64,000 bases of DNA, taken from contig CM097885.1 of assembly GCA_044892525.1 (NCBI GenBank), positions 23,438,001-23,502,000 on the forward strand, in the 5' to 3' direction. The notes beneath the pieces were generated by a model, which did not search any database, was not told the DNA's origin, and saw only the letters and a list, made by a program, of their open reading frames with translations. Below are positions 18,938 to 32,966 of this stretch, piece by piece; position 1 is the stretch's first letter; every line of letters starts with the position of its first letter. The DNA is from Schmidtea polychroa. Taxonomy: Eukaryota. A program made the position numbers and the translations under genes.

Positions 18938-20788
18938 TTAAATTGCTTTTTGGAGAAAGGGTATGAAAAGAGATTTACGGAGAAGCAAATTGCCTATTGG
19001 TCGAAAAGGAAAAATTTTAACAGAAATTAAATCAGCAAAATTAACCAAGAAGAGTTCAACGAAAGATTTATAAGGACTCCAAGGAATTCAGTGACAATGT
19101 AAAGCCCCGGAAAATTATCCATTATATTCAAGGCCATTTTAAAAACTAACTTCACAAAAAATTTAAAGTCGAAAAATGAAGATTTGAAAATGTTATATCT
19201 AATTGACAACATGTGATAAAAATTTCAAAACCTGCTAATAGGTAGCTCTCCAAAATACTCTAAAAGGCATCGATGATAAATCGAATAAAACAGCCATATC
19301 CCAATTTGGGCGACCGGGACTCAAAGGGTTTTAAACCCAATTAACAAGGGGATAAAACTAATTTTCCCGTAATTTTCTAATATTGTTGTGTATTTATTAA
19401 AAATTTTGTTTTCAATAGTTAATTTTCCATTCTTTCAAATTTAGTTGTATATCATGATATTGAAATATAATTAAAAATTTATATCATTACTCTATTGGAG
19501 TAATTTTCACCCGGGGATCACAGCATGATCTGATCAAATTAAAATTCAATAACAATTTTGACAAAATTCATAAATATGTTATGTTTAAGGAACATGGCGT
19601 CGATATTTATTTAATAAATTAATATATAAAATGAAATTTGAAAATAATATTTTATACAAGTGGCGAAGTAAATGAAATAGAAAAGTATAAATACTAGATA
19701 ACGGAATCCAGGCACATTTTGAAGCCTACCCTTCTAATGATGATGATGGAGCATGATGGCGGGGAGGGGGAGGACGGGTACACATGGGAAATATTTGAGA
19801 AACATTGCTCTATGGAGAAATTGGTCAGAAATACATTAAAAAGGATTTACAAAATATAATAAATAAAATTTACCACCTGAGGATAATAATTTGTTTACAC
19901 AGATTATGTAATTGCTAATTCCAGAAAATTATTTTGATCAATCCGTCCTTGGATTGTTTTCGGAGCCTGGACTTGTCAACTGATCTTTTTGTAGGCTGAG
20001 GAATGACGGCTATCGCATCCAAACTGTTTTTGGCCAACTTGGTAATTGGGTTACTAGGGAGTCCAAGGTGCTTCGAAAATATGCGTTATGACTCGTAAGT
20101 GATATTAGATAAGAGATATTGGATTATTTGAGTTGAAGTCAGTTGACAACTCAATATGGAAACTCCGACACAAAATTTAATGAAATTAGTAAACGTTTTT
20201 TAGCTAATAAAAAATTCATAAGAATGCCTGAAAGAGTATGTTGCAAGTTAGCCAAATGTTAGATAGAATCGCACCTTTACCATTCAGTAAACGTTTTAAA
20301 ACAAATATGAATCCTAAAAATATTTGAGAAACACTAAGTGTCCCACCATACCACAATATGAGTAGGATGAGTATAAATCAACATACTATAAATCCACGCA
20401 CATGTGGATCAAAGTTCCACGACTATCAGTATTAATTCAGATCAGATTCTAGAATTTATAGTAGCGCAGCGATAACCAATTGAGCTCCCACTTTCTTTTC
20501 TAGATTATGATAAATTCTCGTTTTTCTGGATGACTGAACTTACATGATGTATTCTCATGTCCATCACCATTAAATCAGTTCTAATTATTGTTGTAGGATT
20601 GGTTCTAATCCAACTTGAAATTCTTTAGAATTCTTTCAGAGTTGGTCCGTTGAGAATATGGTCGTTCCGGACAGGGATAAAAAATATTTGCTTTTGTTAT
20701 TGGTCTTTTGCATAACTGGCACATAGTATATAAATTGTTCATAAGTATGATTCATCATGTATGATTCATCGTGGTGAGTCATCAAGGG

Positions 20789-21330
<542 letters not shown>

Positions 21331-21361
21331 TATAATAATAATAATAATAATAATAATATAA

Positions 21362-23475
<2,114 letters not shown>

Positions 23476-23539
23476 CAAAACTTATAGAAAATTTCAATAA
23501 TATGGTAATAATAATACAAATAAAAATAATAATAATAAT

Positions 23540-24116
23540 AATAATTTTGCTCAAAATTTTGTTTGTTTCTGACGGCTGATCGAGCAAATCCTGCACTCGC
23601 CGTAGTAAATACCGATTCAATGTTAATGATTCTTGATCTTCAGAATTTTCAAAATCATCAGCATCTGGAGACATCGGAGGATCGTCTGTATCTATAAAAG
23701 TATCATCCTCCAGATAGTGCCCATATGCAAAACCTTTATTTTTTGCTACCCAATTACGTTTGTCGTTGTTGCAATTGAGTGCAGTTTTATGGTTTTTTAT
23801 GTTGTACAGCTGATGATTTTTAGACATTTTTCTGAACTGTTGGGACTGTATAAATTTTGTTGTTTAAATAACAATCAATGTAATTGACATGTGTTAGCCC
23901 TGCATCTTTTAATGTTATGCCTTTTGTCTTACAACATTCTTCATCACCAAGCAAACTATAACATTTGGGACGAAGAAACACACACTCCTCATATTTGAAA
24001 CCTTTATTTTCGTCTTTAAAATTCCAAATAACGGAATCCAATTTTCTCGAATACAAGGGATGGCTAGGGTCGTAATTTGAGGTGTCAAGAAGATTATCCC
24101 TAACCATAGCAGGCAA
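23540..24116 (-). pseudogene. C-terminal fragment of protein-primed family B DNA polymerase (pPolB)
   Basis: LDTSNYDPSHPLYS, FKDE, FLRPKCYS, KTKGI, then after a frameshift SKNHQLYNIKNHKTAL..DKR..AYGHY, matching Polinton pPolB C-terminal motifs. Exonuclease and palm motifs are deleted. Inverted copies of the tail start at ~21500 and ~22583. Confidence 0.88.
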
Positions 24117-24124
24117 AATAAAAA

Positions 24125-24627
24125 AAGATCAAATGCATTCATTAAGAAATTTCGATTATTTGGATATGCTTGCCATGCAAGAAAGTCAATCACTGTAGCA
24201 TCTCTCGGATTTTTGAAAACAACTAAATATTGAACATTCAAATTACGAGTTCGATGAGATCGATCTTGATGAAAAAGATTTGGAGTGATAAAAATTACAG
24301 TGACACCTTTATGCCTACTAACTTTTGTGAATAAATTTTCAAAATCCTTTTCTTTATTTGCTTCTTGATACAAATCATCAATAATAATCACATCACCCTG
24401 TCGTAATCTAGATGACCAGTTTTTATCGAACCCTTTTATGATTGTCATTTTGATTTTACAAAACTGATCTTGTGTCATTCCGCTTTCATCATCGGCTGTC
24501 CTATGCCAATAAATTTTAGTAATTTTGACTTGAATAATTTTGATTGTAATAATTTACAAACAAACAATGTTTTCCCACTACCACTTGGACCAACGATTTG
24601 GTATACTGCATCATTTCTTAATTCCAT
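24125..24627 (-). pseudogene. Polinton-type A32/FtsK-HerA DNA packaging ATPase, frameshifted and 3'-truncated
   Basis: ATG at 24627 gives MELRNDAVYQIVGPSGSGKT (Walker A). After a frameshift near 24500: VIIIDDL (Walker B), SRH, VIFITPNLF, NVQYLVVFKNPRD. Confidence 0.9.
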
Positions 24628-24728
24628 TTTTAATTTTAAACTATCTAGTTATTTTTTATATTCGATGATTTTAATGAATTCTTGCTAAAGTTGTATATAA
24701 AGAGACAAATTTCATAAATGATTTAATT

Positions 24729-25164
24729 ATGCTAGCAAATATAAATTATCGAGAAAATTTTGATGTTTTGAAAATGAGGTTCCCATCATAAAACCACAGC
24801 AAATTGTCGATAGAAGTGGGATATACCCGATAATATTTTTCAAGACTGGCAAATGCAGAATCATGGGATGTAAGGAACCTTTGGATATTAATAAATTACT
24901 ATATCGAATCAATAATATTAAAATCCAATCAATTACCGTTACTATAGATATGAGAAATAGTATAAATCTATATAACATGTCGAGAAAATGTGATTGTATG
25001 TTTGAACTGGAATTGTTTCCGCACTAAGACTATTAAAATATAACCCTATATGTGTCAATGTGTTTGCTAGTGGAAAGGTTGTCATGCTTGGGTTGAGAAA
25101 TTTAGAGGATAGGGAATTTGTTAACAATGTTCGGAATGAGATATTTTCATTGGTCGATTTCTAA
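24729..25164 (+). pseudogene. TATA-binding protein (TBP)-like gene, ~145 codons, two 1-nt frameshifts
   Basis: Manual translation: MLANINYRENFD.. / ..KPQQIVDRSGIYPIIFFKTGKCRIMG..IKIQSITVTIDMRNSINLYNM..MFELELFP / ALRLLKYNPICVNVFASGKVVMLG. This aligns by eye with both TBP repeats (ALIFSSGKMVCTG; FKIQNMVGSCDV..IRL; YEPELFPGL..LLIFVSGKVVLTG). Confidence 0.85.
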
Positions 25165-25616
25165 TTGGTTAATGATTGTTTTAAAGAAACTTTTTATTGT
25201 TTAGAAATAATTTTTGAAAAAAAAAATGTACAAAATTCCAAACGCTGCTCGTTTGATTAAAGAAATAAATGATTATGGTAAATTTTTTAATTTTTGTTTA
25301 CATTTTTATTTGTTTGTGACATTTTACAGTAATTTAAAATATAATGTTTTATTTATATTAATACTGGTTATGATTCTGATTGGTTAATAGACTATAAATG
25401 TAAAATATATGAGTTTTGATTTGATACAACATGAACACAATATTTCTATTGATAATTAGTGTAATGAGCGTGTGCTCACACAATACAACGATAACGGTGC
25501 AATTTTCAAATAAATCAATATGTGTCTGTCCAATTACCACCATGTTGATGAATATTTTATATATTATTGACAAACCAAAATGAGCAAAGACTCCAGGAAA
25601 AAGAATATCCGAAAGA

Positions 25617-25832
25617 TTGGAGAATTTAGAAAACAGCTATGACCTATCATTTGAATATATACAAAATATAAAACTAAAATTACTTGATCATATTGATGAT
25701 TTCAATAAATCAATTGTTGAAAATAAAAAAAACATTAAAATTATTGATAAAAAATATGATTATTTGTTAAGAAGGATTAAATTAATAATAAACGAAATTC
25801 AAACAATCAAAGGATCAATAGAAAATCTGTAA
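25617..25832 (+). CDS. Small coiled-coil-like ORF of unknown function inside the element
   Basis: 71-aa ORF with heptad-like I/L spacing; no ATG start in frame. Confidence 0.3.
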   Translation: MENLENSYDLSFEYIQNIKLKLLDHIDDFNKSIVENKKNIKIIDKKYDYLLRRIKLIINEIQTIKGSIENL

Positions 25833-25975
25833 ACTGTTAACAATTCCACGTTTCCAATTTCAAACAATATTGCCGCAAATATCAGTACATCAATATTTAG
25901 ATTACCATTGATAATTTTAAATTATTGTATTGTTTTATAAATGCATTAATCTGTTTTATTATTATTTATTATTAA

Positions 25976-26064
<89 letters not shown>

Positions 26065-26097
26065 TATAGTTGAAATTTTTTATTATTAATATTATTA

Positions 26098-26154
<57 letters not shown>

Positions 26155-26187
26155 TATAGTTGAAATTTTTTATTATTAATATTATTA

Positions 26188-26231
<44 letters not shown>

Positions 26232-26233
<2 letters not shown>

Positions 26234-26590
26234 CTCTATTATTCAAAAAAGTTTTATAATTTTTTATTTTTCTAAGTATTATTATTATTAGTAATTGTTT
26301 GAGTTTGCACATGGATTGAATGGTCTTTGTTAATATTGAATTCAAACTGCATTGTCTTTGTTAATATTACTTTCAATTTGTTACACATATATCGACAATA
26401 ATATTACGTTGCGGTAATTTAGAATATTGAACTACAAATTGAATTACCTTTCGAATGATACCTATATTATATAGTTTTTAAAATGTTGAAGATTTTGACC
26501 TTTGAATAGTGCTCATCAAGACCTTTCGAATGATACCCATAAAGGTTTACATCATTTGACCCTTTTAAAATTTAAATTTGAAATGAGTCA
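26232..26590 (-). repeat. Right inverted repeat of the Polinton-like element
   Basis: Reverse complement of 20789-21197; preceded by (TTA)n at ~25960-26231. Confidence 0.93.
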
Positions 26591-29397
26591 TACGGATGAG
26601 TCATGTGTGTTGAGTCATCGATTATGTTATTTATGACTCATTAGGGGGTATGATTCATGTTCTTTGTTATGAGTCATCGATGAGTCATACGTCTTTGTTA
26701 TACGATGATCCGTGCAGCACACCTGTACCTACTTGCCTGAATTCGATTTAACGTCCTAACTAAAAGATAATTTTTAAAGTTTTCTTATCTTTCGATCATA
26801 CTTCAATTCTTAAGTCCTGTATGATTTTAAAAACATCCAGATCATTATATTTCTAAAATACCTTTTTAGGTGACGTTAGTACAAAATGACATAAATGACG
26901 TAAAAAGTAACTAATTTACTTTGCAATTTAATATTTGTTAAACATATCAAAAACTACAAATCTTTTATTAATTGAAATTTAATATTTCTCAACAGAATGT
27001 TTTTGTTTAAATAAATAAACATTAAACAAATTATATTGACAATTTGAAAAGAATGGAAGATAAAGGAAACTGTAAATAAATCAATGGTGAAAAGATGAAA
27101 GATCTCAATGAGAATTTCTGTTTAGTTTGATCACGGGTAATTTACAAATTTTAAGGTTTTTAAAAACTATTTCCCCAATTAATAATCATAAATGTTTATT
27201 GGTGTAAATTGCATGGGGTAGGATCGGTTCCTGAATCATCCGAAATGTTTGAAGAATTTTCATCAGCTGTTTTCCATTAGTGTAGGAGATTCGGATAAAT
27301 GTCATTCCGGCCAGTTGTAAAATCTGTCCCACTCTTGTTGGATTAAATTTATGTTCTTGTTTTGGAATGTTGTTTTGATATTGCATTTTATCGGGCTATT
27401 TTAGATGTAACATGGTTTAGATCAAATTTACAATTGCCAAATTTTTATCACGTATTTTATAAGTCAAAGAAAATGTGCCAAAATCAAACTATTGCACTTT
27501 ATATTCAGAAATAATATATGATCAAAAAAAGTAGCAGCACACAATATTTTTATATACCTTTGAATATCAATGACGACTTTTGGTTAAACACTCGCAACGT
27601 CTGTCTGAGGGTCAATATAAATAGTTCTCCAGTAATGGTGAACGACTTTTAATTAAACCAGAACCGAATCATACATCCTTGATACTAGAAAATTTAGTGT
27701 ACATCTTGTTTATAATTGAATAGTATGTTACAGATTCACTTGATTTTGATGGTTTCAAGAGAAAGCGTTAAACTTTAAGAAGGAAGGAAAATACCATCCA
27801 AAGAATTTCATGAAGTTTTTTCAATACAAATTTTAATAGTGACATTTGATTAAAATTTTCCTAAATACCGTTTAATAAAGTTTTATCGTTTAGATTTTGT
27901 CATTATTGTTGTTATTGTTTAAAATAAAATTACAGATACATAAACACAACATTCACCAAAAACCATCTCGACACACTTTTACTGGTGACTCGGTTGGGCT
28001 CAACATTTTCCTTATATACTTCATTATAATAACAAACACATAATAATAACATAAAATAATACCATAACATAATATTATTTTGTAACAGTAACTTCTATTG
28101 ACACATCTTATAAGTCTGATAGTTTGAGATATATCCCTAGTTTAACGATATAATTCATTTAAGGCTAAATATTTGTTAATCCGATAGCAACAAGTCACAC
28201 GAGGGACAATTGAAAAGAACTTTATATTCATTATGTCTAAAGATCAATTTTCTGCCTTATGCAACACAAAATACTATACTGTTTTTCGCGATAAATGGGG
28301 ACCCGGTCTCAGGCTAGGCTTTAAATTTTACTGCATTTAGACTGGATCCTTTCTAAAATAAGCGGAATCCAGGAATAATCATTTCGATATTATTTGAAGA
28401 TTGTTACTGATTTTTGAATTAGCAACATCTTTTAACTCCCGAACATTCAGAATTACAATGAGTATTTCTGTTGCATTTATGTACTTTTCGTTTAAAGAAA
28501 TTAACGTATACCACTATTTTAGAAAAATAAAGTGTTCAAAAAAAAGAAAAAAGAATGTTTTGTATAGGGAGATATTTGATTGATTTATTGCAAACATTAT
28601 TTATAACATATTTTATCAAACAAATCAAGAAAGGAAATAATTAATTATATTTCATTAATTATTAATTTAAAATATATTTCCCAGAAATCCACCAAAATAA
28701 AAATTGAAATATTCCTGAAAATCTTGTTTGTCTTGGAGACCATTAGTGCCCCTCTTCGAGTAACATCCGGACATGATAGACCCCTTGCATCCCCCCTCAC
28801 TGAGCAGTAGTACTAAATATAATTACTAAAAATTTTAATAAAATATAGTATTTAAATATTTTATTTATGCATTTCAGCCTCATTAGCTCATCGTTTTACT
28901 TATTAATTAATGTGAGTAGATGGAATTTTCACCGCTTAACAAAACCCTAACCCCTATCTAGAAAATATTTAGGTTATATCAGAATTTTATGTAGGTCACG
29001 AAATTATATGGTGTGTGTATACAATAAATGCATGTTTTCCATGAATATGAGCTCCAAAGTCTCTAAAGTAAAATGTAGGTTACGCCATAATATAACAACA
29101 TATATATTATAAAAGTCAGATCACTCTACATTACAGAATTGTAATCATATTCTTTAACACATGGGAAGACAGTGAACAATAGATTAACAAATAAATATGT
29201 AGGTCAACTTCAAATAATAGGAAAATTTTTAAAATTATGTTGGTCACACCACATTATTATAGAAATAAATTCATATATATAAAAAATATTTATATTTGTT
29301 AAAAAATACAAAGATTAAAATCATCATCATCATAATCATCAGCTGCCCACCCCCCAAAGGGGCTGAGGCGGTAGTTTATAATGAAAAAATTTTTAAT

Positions 29398-29488
29398 GAA
29401 AAATTTTTTTCTTATCTTATAGTCGAAAATTTTTTCATTAAATACATTATTTGCAGCAAAAGGCTTAATTTATCATTTTATTGTTTTA

Positions 29489-29573
<85 letters not shown>

Positions 29574-30130
29574 GTTTTAATAATAATAACAATAATTGGT
29601 CGAGGATATGACCATTGGATAGAGCTCTTCAAGACCTTTCGAATGATACTCTTGGTTGAAGGTCTAACCTTATTTGACCTTTAGAAATTCAAAATATGAG
29701 TCATATGCCTTTGTTCCGTAAAAGTCTTTGTTGAAAATGATGACGTCAGTGTCCTCAAATATTGACCTTAAATGGCCTAAAGACTACTTTGACCTTAAAA
29801 TTTGACAAATGGCCTAAAGAATACTTTGACCTTAAAATTTGCCAAATGACCTAAAATCGACGGTGACCTGTGAATTTGACCTTAAACTGTCCTAAAAATC
29901 GACTTTGACCTTAAAAATTTACTTTAAAATATTCTAAAATGACATTGACTTTAAAATTTGACCTTCGCATGACCTTAAGGTGACCTTACCACGGCCTTAA
30001 AATTTTACATGACCTTAAGTTGACCTTAAGAAAAACCTCCCTGGGTCCCCGGTGTATGACATAACATGCCTTTGTTACATAATCTATGATGTCATATGTC
30101 TTTGTTGCCGGGTCCACATTTTACCCTTCT
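29398..30130. mobile_element. Solo terminal fragment related to the Polinton-like element
   Basis: Hairpin arm at 29414-29490, then (TAA)n, then TCGAGGATATGACCATTGGATAGAGCTCTTCAAGACCTTTCGAATGATAC, homologous to the reverse complement of 20868-20900. Followed by a TGACCTT array and ending ..TACCCTTCT. Confidence 0.65.
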
Positions 30131-30668
30131 TTTGGGATCTCTGATATGAAGTGATGGCCTGAAAGACGCGATGGAGATGGTGTTGTTGAAGGTCTACCTT
30201 TTGTCAATGGCTTCAGCGGTTCATATTTTTAAAATATCGAGTTTATAATCTCGAGTTTGAAATCAGACAAACGTGTTGATTTATTTGTCATTTGTATTTA
30301 AAACGTAAAAACGTATATAAACTGACCACATCTTTAATTTTAAAATACAAAACTTATATATACGTTCGCGGTTGCCAAAGGGTTAAGAATAATTTTTATT
30401 CAAAATAAAATCTAAAACAAATAAAATCTATAAAAAAATTACAAATTATCAAGAAATTAATTAAACTTATCTTAAAATCACCATTAAAACCTTAAATTAT
30501 GAAATATTCTTTCAATCAACAAAACATTCACAAAAAAATGATAGAAATTCACTCGAATATTTCCTAAAACCAAATATCATCAACACTAAAAAAAATACCA
30601 ATGAATTTAATTCCCTTGGACACTTAAATTTATATAAATAGCCACTCAAATAAAATATTAAATATTAA

Positions 30669-30788
30669 CACTAGATTTACGTGTAAAAATACCCGTAAAA
30701 ATAGGTATACCTAATTCGATATATGAAATGAGGGATGTAACTGATGTAACTGAAAACCAACATATGAATTCAAAAAATAATTATTCAG

Positions 30789-30829
<41 letters not shown>

Positions 30830-30878
30830 GAAATAGAATTTTAAATGAGTCAAATTGTCTCAGTCCGTAAATCTAGTG
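30669..30878. mobile_element. piggyBac-like MITE
   Basis: 13-bp perfect TIR CACTAGATTTACG with TTAA on both sides. Confidence 0.88.
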
Positions 30879-30956
30879 TTAATAAAGTTTATTATTGATT
30901 TTGTGTTATTTCTTTATGTAATTTAATTGATATTATTTTTATGTATTATTTATTAA

Positions 30957-31182
30957 TGGTTGGTTGTAAGTACTTAGTTGTAAGTAACTAGTTGTTGGTA
31001 CATAGTTGTAAAAATATGATAGTTGCTATCTGGTTGTTAGTATATGGTTGTAAGTACTTAGTTGTTAGTAACTAGTTGTTGGTACATAGTTGTAAATATA
31101 TGGTAGTTAGTACCTAGTTGTTAGTACATGGTTGTTAGTAACTGGTTATTGGTATTTGTTTGTAAGTACTTGGTTTTAGTAA
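30957..31182. repeat. 14-bp minisatellite (consensus ~TAGTTGTTAGTACC), array 1
   Basis: Units TGGTTGTAAGTACT, TAGTTGTAAGTAAC, TAGTTGTTGGTACA etc. Confidence 0.85.
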
Positions 31183-31671
31183 TCAATTCAAGGAAGTAAG
31201 TTGAGCAGATTTTTTGTGAATAAAAATTAGAATTTATTGCTTTCTATGCTTGAATTTTATGTATTCTATTTTAACTTTCTTTTTTAATTTTCAAAATTTA
31301 TTTCCATTTGGTGTTGTATTTTTTAAAAGTAGCTGGAGTCACAATTAATGTCTCATTTAATGTTATTTTCATTAAATACTTACCATTTTTGTTAAATTTG
31401 TTAAAGTCATCATTTTTTGATACATTTAAATACATTTTTCTTAATCTAACAAAGTTTTCCTGACAAGAAATTGCAATTTTTTAAAAAAAATATATTTCAA
31501 TTCTTACACAAATTTATTTATTTAAAAAACATTTGATAAATTACACTGAAGAAATAACATTTTTAGTTGGTTAATTTGTTATTGTGTACAGGATTTAATG
31601 TATAGAGTAGGATGCTTATAAATAGTTGTTTAGTGTATAAAGTGGCTTTCTTAATGAATATGGGTTGTGGC

Positions 31672-31801
31672 TTAGTTGTTGGTACTTATCTGGTTGTTGA
31701 TATCTGGTTATTAATACCTGGTTATTTTTATCCGGTTGTTAGCATCTAGTTGTTTGTATTTGGTTGTTGTTAGTTGGTTGCTAGTAACTAATTGTTGGTT
31801 G
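31672..31801. repeat. 14-bp minisatellite, array 2 (same orientation, more diverged)
   Basis: Units TGGTTGTTGATATC, TGGTTATTAATACC, CGGTTGTTAGCATC etc. Confidence 0.8.
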
Positions 31802-31802
31802 A

Positions 31803-31922
<120 letters not shown>

Positions 31923-31932
31923 ATTATTATTA

Positions 31933-32686
31933 TTCACAAAAATTTATTTCATTCAAATTTGCATAAAAAATTATCTTTGAAAATAATTACATTAAAATCT
32001 GTTTCAAAATTCACCTTTGAAAAATATTTCATAAAAATGTACATTAAAAATTATATTTATAAACTATTGCATCAAAGCATTCATTACTTTTCTAAATTTC
32101 TCAGAAGTCATCGATTTTTAAAAAATATCTTGTCATAAATTTAAAATTACTAGTGCTAGGTAAAATAGTACAGAAATTCACTTTAATAGATCTTTTTACT
32201 GATATTCATGTCGGTTTTGGTACCCATGCCATTTGAGATAATATTGTTTATCCTTACATTATTATATACTATTTCTATTAATAAATAATAGAACAATTAA
32301 TTATTATATAATTGAATGGGCTAAAATCATAAAATACTTGGCAAGAAATTAGTGATTACGAAAAATGCTGGCCTCAAAAATTTTCAATTTAATACATATC
32401 CTTTTAGTTTTTAATATTTTTTGAATTCTAAATACTTTTGGTGAAAGAATAAATTTTGATTCTTATTCATAAAATTTACCATCAACATTTTTATTATCAT
32501 AGTCTTTAATTACATACATTACTGGATACTATTTTGTATTGATTTTTGAGATTCTAAAAACTTCATCACTCCAGTTTGTATTTAAAGTTTTAACGTATAA
32601 AAAGGTAAATTTTGATACAGATTTTAATGTAATTATTTTCAAAGATAATTTCTTATGAAAATTTGAATGAAATAAATTTTTGTGAA
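31933..32686. mobile_element. Non-coding fold-back element with ~85-bp inverted repeats
   Basis: 31933-32017 is the reverse complement (a few mismatches) of 32601-32686; flanked by (TTA)n on the left and (TAA)n on the right. Confidence 0.8.
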
Positions 32687-32699
32687 CAACAACAACAAC

Positions 32700-32966
<267 letters not shown>

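Noticed and set aside
20361..20366. AGTAGG as the left terminus of the Polinton-like element
   Set aside because: No further similarity to the right end and no matching 6-bp TSD (AATATG versus TGCCTG).
29760..30030. Regularly spaced repeats resembling a CRISPR array
   Set aside because: Repeats are only ~7 bp with short related spacers, no cas genes, eukaryotic context.
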